Source: an uncultured Spirochaetales bacterium
GTDB lineage: Bacteria > Spirochaetota > Spirochaetia > JABMQR01
Direction of reading: 5' to 3'
DNA length: 64,000 bases
Assembly (NCBI GenBank): GCA_964567895.1
Contig: CAZMOX010000003.1
Location: 651-64,650, forward strand
Within the stretch, counting starts at the first letter, position 1. Each line of letters opens with the position of its first letter. Position numbers and translations under genes: made by a program. Shown one piece after another: positions 49,572 to 59,259 of this stretch. Under the pieces are notes generated by a model. The model did not search any database. It saw nothing but the letters and a program-made list of their open reading frames with translations, and had not been told where the DNA came from.

Positions 49572-50677
49572 AAGAGATACGGGTAGTAATAATTGATGAT
49601 GAAGCCTGGACCCGGGATACCATTAAACGTATCGGAAAATGGCGTGAACTGGGTTGCCGGATTGTTGGTGAGGCTTCAGATGGATTGTCGGGATTGGAGT
49701 GTATCCGTCAGTTGGATCCGCACCTGATCATTACTGATATGAAGATGCCGGGGCTTGATGGAGTCCAGATGCTTCGTGAACTGGATGAGCTTCAAAATCC
49801 TGCCAAAGTAGTCGTCGTAAGCGGATACTCGGATTTCAAATATACGCGGCAGGCTCTGGCCAGCCATGCGGTGGATTATCTGTTGAAACCCATTCAACCG
49901 GAAGAGTTTAATAAACTGCTGCAGGGCTGTGTCGAAACTATCCGCCGGGAAGATCGGACGCAAACTATCCGCTCTGCCCCCTCTATATCACAAGGAGTGG
50001 ATGGAGCATGGTTGAAGCAATATCAGGAAGCGCGGGATGCCGCCAGAAAAAGCCTTGATATTCTCACAGAATCCGGCGTGGAGCATGCCTTCCAAATGAT
50101 GCGGGAACTGTTCTTTGCCTGCGATAAAGAGCTGCATCTCCATCTGCTCATCAAAATGAATCATGATATCCATGCAATGGTAGAGGAAAAGACCATCGCC
50201 TGGGATGAAGAGACTGATCCGCGGTTTTCCCCCTTTCAGATCTCTTTTGCTGTTGGGGATCAGAAGACGATCGATGATATGCTGGAACACTATCGGGGTA
50301 TCATCGAAGAGCTCGTATCTCTGCGGGTTTCAGAACATCAGCGTAAGAGCAGGGTTGATATACGCCCTGTCAGGAACTATATAGATGACCATTATCAGGA
50401 TTCCATCACCCTTGAAGAACTTGCAGGGACCTTTTCCATAAGTAAGGAGTATTTGAGTTCGCTGTTCAAGCGGGACAACGGCTGTACGTTCACCGAGTAT
50501 GTGACCCGGATCAGGATGGAGAAGGCCAAAGAACTTATCCTGGAGTATCAGATTCCTCTCAAGAAAGTACCTGAAATGGTGGGGTATATGGATGTTCCCC
50601 ACTTCTACAAAAATTTCAAACGTTATTTCGGTATTACGCCCGGAGCAATGAAGAGATTAACAGAAGACAACGAATGA
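49568..50677 (+). CDS. YesN-type response regulator (REC plus AraC HTH)
   Basis: VIIDDE, ITDMKMP, YLLKP, YLSSLFK and VGY...HF...FK...G.TP; GTG start overlaps the HK stop. Confidence 0.92.
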   Translation: MKEIRVVIIDDEAWTRDTIKRIGKWRELGCRIVGEASDGLSGLECIRQLDPHLIITDMKMPGLDGVQMLRELDELQNPAKVVVVSGYSDFKYTRQALASHAVDYLLKPIQPEEFNKLLQGCVETIRREDRTQTIRSAPSISQGVDGAWLKQYQEARDAARKSLDILTESGVEHAFQMMRELFFACDKELHLHLLIKMNHDIHAMVEEKTIAWDEETDPRFSPFQISFAVGDQKTIDDMLEHYRGIIEELVSLRVSEHQRKSRVDIRPVRNYIDDHYQDSITLEELAGTFSISKEYLSSLFKRDNGCTFTEYVTRIRMEKAKELILEYQIPLKKVPEMVGYMDVPHFYKNFKRYFGITPGAMKRLTEDNE

Positions 50678-50750
50678 GATTAACAGCAACGAATGCTTTC
50701 TCTGTAACTTGATTTACCATTAGGCATACAAATTATGTAAGGAGAAAAGA

Positions 50751-52025
50751 ATGAAAAAAATTGTAAGCCTGTGTATGGTACTTGTTCTCTGTACCGTGAT
50801 GGTTTTTGCTCAGAGTGCAGACGAGTCCTCAGAGACAGCACCACGGAAAGTGACAATTGATGTGATGATGAGTTTCCCCCGATTTACCGATCAGATGGAA
50901 GCCTATATGGATCAGTTTAAAGTGAAGATGCTGGAAGAGAAAGGAATCGATGTGACCATCAACCTTGAAATGCCCAGTTCTGATCAGTACAACAATATAC
51001 TGCAGACACGCCTCTCATCTAACGATGCCCCTGATCTGTTCACTCTGCATGCATCAGCAGATCTTCCCACCTATCAGCAGGCCGGCTATTTGGCGGATTT
51101 AACAAATGAAACCCTTGCTGACAAACTCTATGCCGATGTACGTTCCACGGTTTCAATTGATGATAAAGTATATGCCGTACCATTTGAGAGCACGGTTTGG
51201 GGATATCTCTACAATAAGGATATCTTTGAAGCCAGCGGAGTTACTGCACCTGATACGCTTGATGAGATGAAAGCGGTTGTAAGTACCCTGATAGCCAAAG
51301 GCTACACCCCTTTTGAACTTGCTTATCAGGAACAGTGGGTACCTCAGTTGATGACAGCACTTGCCCTGGGCGGGAAAGTAAGCGGTCAGGTTCCTGACTG
51401 GGTAGAGAGAATGTACAACGATGAAGGCTCCTATGCTGAAGTTGTCGAAGTTCTTGATGTTATCGAACTAATCATGGCAAACGGTACACCGAGAGCTATG
51501 GAGACCGGTTCTCAGCAGGGAGCTGCAGATTTTGCCAATGGTAAAGCAGCAATCTATGTCCAAGGGACCTGGAGTGCAGAATCTATCCTCTCTGTTAATC
51601 CTGACATCCGCATTGGTGTTGGAGCCCTTCCGGTTAATAACGATATCAACTGTACCAGAGTAAATTTGGCAACCACCACTTCATTGGCTGTGTATTCAGA
51701 TACACCTGAGATGGAAACAGCGCTGGCTCTGGCAAACTATATTCTTGATGATCAGGACTCTTCTGATCTCTACAAATCACTGAAATTCAACCCAGTTGCA
51801 AATGTGCATAACTTTGAACAGTTCTCATGGGCAAAAGAAGCATCTGCTTATGTAGCTGCAGGACGAGCATATAAAGATCTTGTATTACCAAATGCAGTAA
51901 CTGACGAGCAGGGAAAACTGCTTCAGTCATTGTATGTTGGACAGACGACCAGAGATGAGTTTGTATCTGTTCTGGATAAAACTTTTCAGGGCGCCAATAA
52001 AGCAAGGATCCAGGCTGCAGAATAG
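50751..52025 (+). CDS. Carbohydrate ABC solute-binding protein
   Basis: Signal peptide; NDAPDLF, VYAVP, YNKDIFE...G...P.T and FANGKAAIY.QG.W. Confidence 0.9.
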   Translation: MKKIVSLCMVLVLCTVMVFAQSADESSETAPRKVTIDVMMSFPRFTDQMEAYMDQFKVKMLEEKGIDVTINLEMPSSDQYNNILQTRLSSNDAPDLFTLHASADLPTYQQAGYLADLTNETLADKLYADVRSTVSIDDKVYAVPFESTVWGYLYNKDIFEASGVTAPDTLDEMKAVVSTLIAKGYTPFELAYQEQWVPQLMTALALGGKVSGQVPDWVERMYNDEGSYAEVVEVLDVIELIMANGTPRAMETGSQQGAADFANGKAAIYVQGTWSAESILSVNPDIRIGVGALPVNNDINCTRVNLATTTSLAVYSDTPEMETALALANYILDDQDSSDLYKSLKFNPVANVHNFEQFSWAKEASAYVAAGRAYKDLVLPNAVTDEQGKLLQSLYVGQTTRDEFVSVLDKTFQGANKARIQAAE

Positions 52026-52427
52026 TAGTAGGGACGGAGGCGGTAGGGTCGGAGGTTCGGGATATCGAAAATGACTGAGATATCTGAAATTCGGAACAGT
52101 TTACATTAATAAAATCCGGGAATAAGGGGTGACACCTTTGTTTCCGGATCATTTTATCCGGATCATTATTTCCGGTTTAGTACCCAGTAACACTTAAAAT
52201 TACTGGTTCTCCTGCAGTACCCGGTAGGTATTTGCAAGGAAGAATTCGAAACCTCAGCCAGCTAAGGTGATGCAGTATAACAACGAACTATGTGAGTTTT
52301 TATACTGCTAAAAGTAAAAAATTAAGATTTTTTACTTCGTATTCTGACGCAGCAAAGGCTTGTCGCGTACAAGGGAGAATCCTAAGCTTTAAGCGTTACA
52401 GGGTACTAGTATCCAAGGACAATTACC

Positions 52428-53315
52428 ATGTTATATCGCATGAAACGGGGAAGGAACAGATGGCTGCTGATTTGTACAGCACCGGCACTGGTTTTTTTTC
52501 TGTCAATAAAGCTCATTCCCTCCATCATGGGGCTGTGGTACAGCCTTACCAACTGGAACGGCATCAATCCATCCAAACGTTTTATTGGATTTGAGAATTT
52601 CCGGGAGATATTCACTTCGGATGCCTATTTCTGGGACTCCATGGGATTTACCCTCAAATATGTGATTTGGATAGTGATAGCCATGAATCTGGCAGCACTC
52701 TTTCTGGCCGTAGCTATTGAAAGTCTGGGCCGAGGGAAAGGGGTGTTCAGAACTCTATTCTACCTGCCCAATATGATAAGTATGATCATCGGCGGGTTTA
52801 TGTGGAATTTCATATTCACCAAAGTGCTCTACCACTTTTCAGATAACTGGGGGTGGATGTTCTTTGATAAATCCTGGATAGGGAATCCGCAATACTCATT
52901 CTATGCAATCATTGTTGTTGCACTGTGGGGTGGAACGGGGTATCTCATGGTCATCTATATTGCCGCTATCCAGGGAGTCCCGAAGATGCTGCATGAGGCT
53001 GCTGTTGTGGATGGAGCCGGGAAGATTCGCCGTTTTTTTGTCATCACGCTGCCTATGATCAGACAGGCCTTCACCATTTGCCTGTTCATAAGTCTGAATA
53101 ATGCATTTCAGGTATTTGATGTTGTCTATGCGCTTACCGGCGGCGGGCCGGGCAGGAGTACGCAGGTCGTTGCCCTGAACATCTATCAGGAAGCGTTCGG
53201 CAGGAGTAACCGTTTTGGCTATGCCACGGCAAAATCAACGATCCTGTTTGCAGTGATTCTACTAATTACGCTGATTCAGTTGCGGGTTATGAAGCGGAAG
53301 GAGCAGGAGTTATGA
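52428..53315 (+). CDS. Carbohydrate ABC permease
   Basis: YSLTNWNG, F.G.ENF, YLPNMIS and EAAVVDGAG...FF.ITLP. Confidence 0.92.
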   Translation: MLYRMKRGRNRWLLICTAPALVFFLSIKLIPSIMGLWYSLTNWNGINPSKRFIGFENFREIFTSDAYFWDSMGFTLKYVIWIVIAMNLAALFLAVAIESLGRGKGVFRTLFYLPNMISMIIGGFMWNFIFTKVLYHFSDNWGWMFFDKSWIGNPQYSFYAIIVVALWGGTGYLMVIYIAAIQGVPKMLHEAAVVDGAGKIRRFFVITLPMIRQAFTICLFISLNNAFQVFDVVYALTGGGPGRSTQVVALNIYQEAFGRSNRFGYATAKSTILFAVILLITLIQLRVMKRKEQEL

Positions 53316-54145
53316 GAGTTCTCCGATTCCGGTCTAACAGATTACTAGTAATTATGGTTCTTGTTTTTTTTGGATTTATCTGTATTTTTCCACTTGGGAT
53401 GGCTTTTATAAACTCTTTTAAAACCAAGGCCCAGATGTTCACCAATATCCTTGCTCTGCCAACCACCTGGAATCTTGATAACTATGCACGAAGTTTTAGC
53501 AAAATGCATTATTTCAGGAGTTTTATCAACACTGTCGTGATTACCGCAGTTGGCATCACCGGAATTGTGAGTTTTGGATCGCTTGCAGGATGGGCATTGA
53601 GCAGGATAAAGACCCGGCTCAGCGGGCTGATTTTTGCTTTATTCGTATTTTCCATGCTGATTCCTTTCAGCGCCATCATGATACCGATCTATCGGGTCGC
53701 TCAGGTGCTGCATATCAGTAATTCACTGTTGGGAATGGGGGTAATCTATACCGGTCTCGGGGTGGGAATGGCTATATTCATGTATCACGGGTTTGTTAAA
53801 TCTATACCTTTTGATCTGGAAGATGCCGCCTATATTGATGGATGCGGGGTGTTCGGTACATTCAGGTTTGTCGTCTTTCCGCTATTGATGCCGATAACGG
53901 TTACCATCTGTATTATGAATATCCTCTGGATGTGGAACGATTTCCTTCTGCCGCTGATTATGCTGCAGAGTTCAAAGAATTATACCCTGTTACTCTCGAC
54001 CAACATGCTTTTTGGGCAGTATTCGAGCGACTGGCCGGCAATCCTCAGTGCACTGATACTTACGGTTGTGCCGGTAATTGTGCTCTACAGCCTTTTGCAG
54101 AAGAATATACTGTCCGGAATTGTTGAAGGGGCACTGAAAGGATGA
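53312..54145 (+). CDS. Carbohydrate ABC permease
   Basis: NSFKT, LEDAAYIDGC, WNDFLLP and GALKG. Confidence 0.92.
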   Translation: MRVLRFRSNRLLVIMVLVFFGFICIFPLGMAFINSFKTKAQMFTNILALPTTWNLDNYARSFSKMHYFRSFINTVVITAVGITGIVSFGSLAGWALSRIKTRLSGLIFALFVFSMLIPFSAIMIPIYRVAQVLHISNSLLGMGVIYTGLGVGMAIFMYHGFVKSIPFDLEDAAYIDGCGVFGTFRFVVFPLLMPITVTICIMNILWMWNDFLLPLIMLQSSKNYTLLLSTNMLFGQYSSDWPAILSALILTVVPVIVLYSLLQKNILSGIVEGALKG

Positions 54146-54148
54146 TCT

Positions 54149-55795
54149 ATGAATAGTTTGGCAGTGCTGCCCTGGGTTTTCACCAGAGGGACGGAGGTTG
54201 TAAAACCCATACTCCTTCGGGGTTTCGGTCTGGGTGGATGGCTGCTTCCCGAAGGTTATATGTGGAAATTCCATGAGGCCTGTGATCGGCCGCGCCGCAT
54301 GGAGAAACTTATCCTGGACTTGTGCGGGAAAGAGTATTCAAGCAGCTTCTGGAAGCAGTATTTTGATACCTATATCACAGAAAAAGATATCGAATTGATA
54401 GCCAGAGAAGGGTTCAACTCGATTCGGCTGCCTTTCAATTCCAGGACCCTTATTATGATCGGCTCGAATGGGTCTGTAAAGTTCGTTCCTGAGATGATTA
54501 GCTTGATCGATAGGTGTATTGCTTGGTGCCGGAAGCATGGGTTGTATGTGATTCTTGATATGCATGGGACTCCCGGCGGGCAGACTGGTACAAATATTGA
54601 TGATTGTGAGAACGATCTGCCTGAACTTTTTACCAATCCCGTATACCAGGATCAATGCGTGACACTGTGGCGAATGCTGGCAGAACGTTATGCCGAAGAG
54701 AGTACGATTGCCGGATATGATCTTATGAATGAACCGCTCCCTGATTGGTTCAGCAAATACAATGATCGTATCATGCCTTTGTATCGGAGAATACGGGATG
54801 TTATTCGTGAGGTCGATTCCAGACACATGATTATCTTGGAAGGTGCCCATTGGGCCACGGATTGGACAATTTTTGATGAGCTGGAAGCTGATCCCATTGA
54901 TGACAATTGTCTGCTTCAGTTTCACAAATACTGGAGTAATCCCGATAAACCGAGTATAGAGAAATATCTTGCCTATCGGGAACGGCTTCAGATGCCGATT
55001 TTTATGGGAGAGGGGGGCGAGAACAATCTCCTGTGGTATACGGGAATCTTCCCGTTGTACGAACAGCTTGGAATTTCCTGGAACTTCTGGTCTTATAAAA
55101 AGATGGATTGTTCAAATTCTCCTGTTTCATTTCCGGTGCCGAAGGCATGGCCGGATGTGCTGAATTATATAAAAGAAGGTGTGAAATTGAGCCGTGAAAA
55201 GGCGATATCGGCTTTCGATCAGTTCCTGGAAACTGTTTCTACTGGTGCCCAGGTGAATGACGCCGTGTTCCGTGTGCTCAAACGGGAGATTCCTCTGGCC
55301 ATTCCTGCTGAACAATTTTCTTCTTCCCGCATCCTAACTGAACGGATAGCAGGGATTGGGGCAACTATTCGGATGGATGAGAAAGCTGAGATACTGTTTT
55401 GTGACGGACATAATGGAGATGTAGATTTTTGCAGATATGGTGGTGAGGATCAACCTGAAGATCAGCTGCTTTGTGTTCGGCTGCAGATGGGTGAATGGCT
55501 TTCCTACAGGATTTTCACAGAGAAGGATATACAATCTCTTTTCCGCATGATAGCGTTTACTAATGAGCAAACCACTCTTTTTATTCAGATTGACGGGGAG
55601 GAGGTTTGCATGATGGAATTACCGGAGAGTGAGAGTGAGTGTGGTGATGGTGAGGGGGATGGAAAGGCGATCTTTTCTGATACTGATACCTGTAGATTTC
55701 CGCTTGCTTCCGGCACACATGAGCTTACCGTTGGAGTAGTATCAGGTGCAGTAAAAATACATATGCTGAAATTGGACAGGGAGTTTATAAAATGA
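54149..55795 (+). CDS. GH5 glycoside hydrolase
   Basis: LGGWLLPEGYMW, GFNSIRLP, LDMHG.PG, YDLMNEP (acid/base), FH.Y and MGEGGEN (nucleophile). Confidence 0.88.
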   Translation: MNSLAVLPWVFTRGTEVVKPILLRGFGLGGWLLPEGYMWKFHEACDRPRRMEKLILDLCGKEYSSSFWKQYFDTYITEKDIELIAREGFNSIRLPFNSRTLIMIGSNGSVKFVPEMISLIDRCIAWCRKHGLYVILDMHGTPGGQTGTNIDDCENDLPELFTNPVYQDQCVTLWRMLAERYAEESTIAGYDLMNEPLPDWFSKYNDRIMPLYRRIRDVIREVDSRHMIILEGAHWATDWTIFDELEADPIDDNCLLQFHKYWSNPDKPSIEKYLAYRERLQMPIFMGEGGENNLLWYTGIFPLYEQLGISWNFWSYKKMDCSNSPVSFPVPKAWPDVLNYIKEGVKLSREKAISAFDQFLETVSTGAQVNDAVFRVLKREIPLAIPAEQFSSSRILTERIAGIGATIRMDEKAEILFCDGHNGDVDFCRYGGEDQPEDQLLCVRLQMGEWLSYRIFTEKDIQSLFRMIAFTNEQTTLFIQIDGEEVCMMELPESESECGDGEGDGKAIFSDTDTCRFPLASGTHELTVGVVSGAVKIHMLKLDREFIK

Positions 55796-57153
55796 GAAAG
55801 AATGTTTCTTCTGTGACTACATTGTTTGGTGATGGACAATTCCGGCAGGTTCGTCAGGAAACCTCTTTTCATGAGAATGATGACTCTATAGAGGGGAAGG
55901 TTGTCTCTGTGTTTCCTGAAATTACCTATCAGGATTTTCATGGATTTGGCGGGGCAATAACCGAAGCTGTAGGCAGTGTGCTCAATCAGCTTGTCCCGGA
56001 AGATGCCGATGATATTATCTCCAGTTACTTTGGTCCCGATGGACTGGGATATACCTGGGTTCGCACCCATATTGACAGCTGTGATTTCAGTTTGGGTACA
56101 TACAGCTCACTCTCCCTGGATGAAGGCCGGGTTTCGATAGATTCTTCTGTTTTTGATCAGCATGATGGCCGGTACATACTTCCCTATTTGAAAAAAGCGA
56201 GACAACTTCTGCAGGAGCAGGGGAAAGGGCCTGTTCGACTCTATCTGACTCCATGGTCCCCGCCTGCTTTCATGAAGAGTAACGGCAAGAGGGACGGAGG
56301 CGGGCAACTACTGTCTGAGTACAGTGACGCCTGGGCACAATATCTTTGCCAATATGTGGAAAAATATGAGGATATGGGTTTCCCTGTAGCTGTTTTGGGT
56401 GTACAGAATGAATCTAATGCAGTGCAGACCTGGGATTCCTGCTGTTATACTCCTGCAGAAGAGCATGATTTTATACGGGATAAACTCTATCCCCGGACTA
56501 TAGATCATAATCTGGAATACGTTAAGATTGCAGTCTGGGATCACAACCGGGATGAACTTTTTGCCAGAGTTCAGGAGGTCTATAGTGATGATGTCAGGGA
56601 TATGATAGGGGCTGCAGCATTTCACTGGTATGGCGGCGATCATTTTGAAGGCCTCAGGATGACGCATGAGCAGTATCCCGAATTATTGCTGGTCTTTTCA
56701 GAGGGATGCATTGAGTATTCGCGGCTGGATCACGGCTCGCAGCTGGAACATGCCCAGCGCTATGCCCATAATATTATCGGTGATCTGAACAACGGTATGC
56801 ATGCCTGGATTGACTGGAATATAGTTCTAAATTATCAGGGCGGTCCGAATCATGTGCAGAATCTCTGCGATGCTCCCATTATGGGAGATCCTGCTACTGG
56901 TGCATACAGGAAGAATCTTTCCTATCACTATATTGGACACTTTAGTAGATATATCAAACCCGGTGCTGTGCGTATTGGGCTGTCACGGTTTACCAATGAT
57001 CTTGAAATTACGACTTGGAAGAACACTGATGGGACCTGTGTGATGGTAGTTCTGAATATGCAGGATGCTGATATTTCTTTCCATTTGAAGCAGGGCGGGG
57101 CTGTTGTTGGTCTTACTGCAGCGGCTCAGAGTATTATGACTGTTGAGTTTTAG
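55792..57153 (+). CDS. GH30 glycoside hydrolase (glucosylceramidase/beta-1,6-glucanase-like)
   Basis: GFGGAITE, SCDFS, PWSPPAFMK, QNES, WDHN, FHWY, SEGC and WIDWN. Confidence 0.9.
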   Translation: MRKNVSSVTTLFGDGQFRQVRQETSFHENDDSIEGKVVSVFPEITYQDFHGFGGAITEAVGSVLNQLVPEDADDIISSYFGPDGLGYTWVRTHIDSCDFSLGTYSSLSLDEGRVSIDSSVFDQHDGRYILPYLKKARQLLQEQGKGPVRLYLTPWSPPAFMKSNGKRDGGGQLLSEYSDAWAQYLCQYVEKYEDMGFPVAVLGVQNESNAVQTWDSCCYTPAEEHDFIRDKLYPRTIDHNLEYVKIAVWDHNRDELFARVQEVYSDDVRDMIGAAAFHWYGGDHFEGLRMTHEQYPELLLVFSEGCIEYSRLDHGSQLEHAQRYAHNIIGDLNNGMHAWIDWNIVLNYQGGPNHVQNLCDAPIMGDPATGAYRKNLSYHYIGHFSRYIKPGAVRIGLSRFTNDLEITTWKNTDGTCVMVVLNMQDADISFHLKQGGAVVGLTAAAQSIMTVEF

Positions 57154-57160
57154 TTTGGGT

Positions 57161-57172
57161 GGGGTCAGACCC
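57161..57172. repeat. REP-like palindrome (inverted relative to 47666)
   Basis: GGGGTCAGACCC, 7 bp after the GH30 stop. Confidence 0.45.
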
Positions 57173-57201
57173 TTTTCCCGCATTTATGGAGGATTTTTCA
57201 A

Positions 57202-57986
57202 ATATATAACGTAGACAGATTGAATAAAGTGAAGAATGTCATGCTTTGTATGCAGAGGCTTTCATGGGAACAAGGTATTGCTGCGCAGGCCTTACTTGAA
57301 CTTGGAGAAAGTGATTTAGTGGTACTGATGGCTACAGCCGCAATGTTGAGATAGGGCGAAGATGGAAGACTTGCCTTGATGGAACCGAATGAAGCCATTA
57401 CAGATCCTACTTCTAATGCGGAAAGTATGTTATATGCTGCCAATATTACTGGGGATAATCGTTTTACCCAGGCATTAGAAAGAAACATTGACTTTCTACT
57501 GTTTAATGCGCCTAAAAATTCTGATGGGATAATTTATCACTGGCCGGGTAAAAAAATCGTTATGGTCGATTCTTACTATATGGCCCCACCAGCTCTTGCT
57601 TTGACAGGGCATTTTGAGGAGGCCGTCAAGCAGGTAGAAGGATTTCGAAAACTTCTATGGAGTGATGAGGATAAACTTTTTTCTCATATGTGGAATGATG
57701 AAAAGATGGATTATTTCATTTTATTCTTGATGATCCTGATACTTTTATTGATACTAATCCTGCTCAGGCGATTGCTTATGCTATTTTTAGGGGAGTGAAA
57801 GCTGGCTGGCTGGATAATTCATATCTTGAATCAGCCAATAAGATGCGGTGTGCAGTGCATAAAAAAGTTGATGCTTTAGGAGTTGTTCAGGATGTTAGTG
57901 GAGCACCAACTTTCAACTATCAAGGAATTGCTCCGGAAGCACAAGCATTCTTTCTCCTCATGGAAGCTGCGGCCGAGGATTTATAA
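57202..57986 (+). pseudogene. GH88/GH105-like glycoside hydrolase pseudogene
   Basis: MQRLSWEQG..AQA start, in-frame TAG at 57352, VMVDSYYMAPP, an out-of-frame deletion near 57705, then DGLFHFILDDP...APTF..QG..PEAQAFFLLM. The likely start codon is ATA after GGAGG. Confidence 0.75.
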
Positions 57987-58043
57987 GGCCGGTAATAAAA
58001 ACAGATTAAGCGTGGTGTTTTAGTATAACTTTCTGTATGCAGA

Positions 58044-59207
58044 TTATAATGCCAGCTTAAGGATGTTTAATACATCCGATTCTCCTAGTTTGACAAAATT
58101 CCCGATTTCTCCAAACTCGACAGCTTTTTCTGCCATTTTTTCTAAATTTTTGTTAGGAACATTCATTTCTCCTAATCTGACAGGGAGTTCACAATCTTTG
58201 AAAAATTTTTCCATTCTTCGAATTCCCTCTAATGCAATCGCATCCAGAGAACCAAAGGACAAATCAACATTCCATACACGAATAGCAAATTGGACAAATC
58301 TATTGATGTCGTGTTTGTAGACATATTTCATCCATGCGGGGAATACGACTGTTAATCCAGCACCATGGGCAACATCATAAATTGCACTGACTTCATGTTC
58401 AATCATGTGTGATCCCCAATCACCGATTCGTCCTGTCGTAAGTAGTTCATTGTGTGCAACTGTATTGGCCCACATGATTTCAGCACGGGCATCGTAATTA
58501 TTTGGTTCTCTAAGGACAATTGGAAGGTTTACAATAATTGTTTTCATTACAGCTTCACACAATCTATCGGTAAAATCAACATTTTGTACTTGTGTAAAGT
58601 ATCGTTCAAATACATGGGACATAATATCAGCAGCCCCGCATGCTGTGAGATATTTGGGAACAGTAACGGTAAATTCCGGATTCATAATTGCGAATTTAGG
58701 AATATTGAAAAATGAGTTAGCTGAGCGTTTATAATGTATCTCTTCATTGGTAATAACAGAACCGTCGCTGGCTTCACTTCCTGCGCCGGGAATAGTTAGT
58801 ACAACACCGATTCCAATCGCCTCTTTAGCTGTGGCTTTATCCGTATAAAAATCCCACACATCTCCTTTGTAAGGAACCCCTATTGAAATAGATTTTGCCG
58901 AATCTATGACGCTCCCTCCACCGATGACCAAAATAAATTTGATGTTTTGTTCACGGCATATTTGGATACCTTCTCGAACAAGGCTTAATCGGGGATTGGG
59001 GACAACGCCGCCCAATTCAACAAAATCAATTCCAGCTTCATGTAAGGATTTAACAACTTTGTCGTAAATTCCAAATTTCTTAATACTTGATCCGCCATAA
59101 TGGAGTAATACTTTATCACTATACTGTTTTGTTAACTCACCGGTTTTTTTCTCTGTTCCTTTTCCAAAAACAATCTTTGTTGGGCATAAAAATTCAAAAT
59201 TTACCAT
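58044..59207 (-). CDS. Iron-containing alcohol dehydrogenase (butanol dehydrogenase-like)
   Basis: PTKIVFG, PNP, GGGSVID.AK, GAGSEAS, D.MSH.FE and H.IEHE.SA.YD.AHG. Confidence 0.9.
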   Translation of the reverse strand: MVNFEFLCPTKIVFGKGTEKKTGELTKQYSDKVLLHYGGSSIKKFGIYDKVVKSLHEAGIDFVELGGVVPNPRLSLVREGIQICREQNIKFILVIGGGSVIDSAKSISIGVPYKGDVWDFYTDKATAKEAIGIGVVLTIPGAGSEASDGSVITNEEIHYKRSANSFFNIPKFAIMNPEFTVTVPKYLTACGAADIMSHVFERYFTQVQNVDFTDRLCEAVMKTIIVNLPIVLREPNNYDARAEIMWANTVAHNELLTTGRIGDWGSHMIEHEVSAIYDVAHGAGLTVVFPAWMKYVYKHDINRFVQFAIRVWNVDLSFGSLDAIALEGIRRMEKFFKDCELPVRLGEMNVPNKNLEKMAEKAVEFGEIGNFVKLGESDVLNILKLAL

Positions 59208-59259
59208 AATGGATCTCCTTTCGAGTATTTATATATTCTTTAATCTTCCTGTATACAAG

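Noticed and set aside
52272-52400. attC site in the ABC operon spacer (GTATAAC...GCGTTAC)
   Set aside because: The putative R'' and R' boxes are not complementary and there is no cassette ORF; kept only as a structured spacer.
57352-57354. In-frame TAG in the GH105-like gene as possible pyrrolysine recoding, given an MttB gene in the window
   Set aside because: The position corresponds to a probable Gln (CAG to TAG), the gene has a separate frameshifting deletion and a damaged start, the MttB here has no amber codon, and no pyl genes are visible.
57700-57798. Apparent transmembrane tail MDYFILFLMILILLL... on the GH105 ORF
   Set aside because: It is an out-of-frame reading after the deletion; the alternative frame continues the hydrolase (DGLFHFILDDP).
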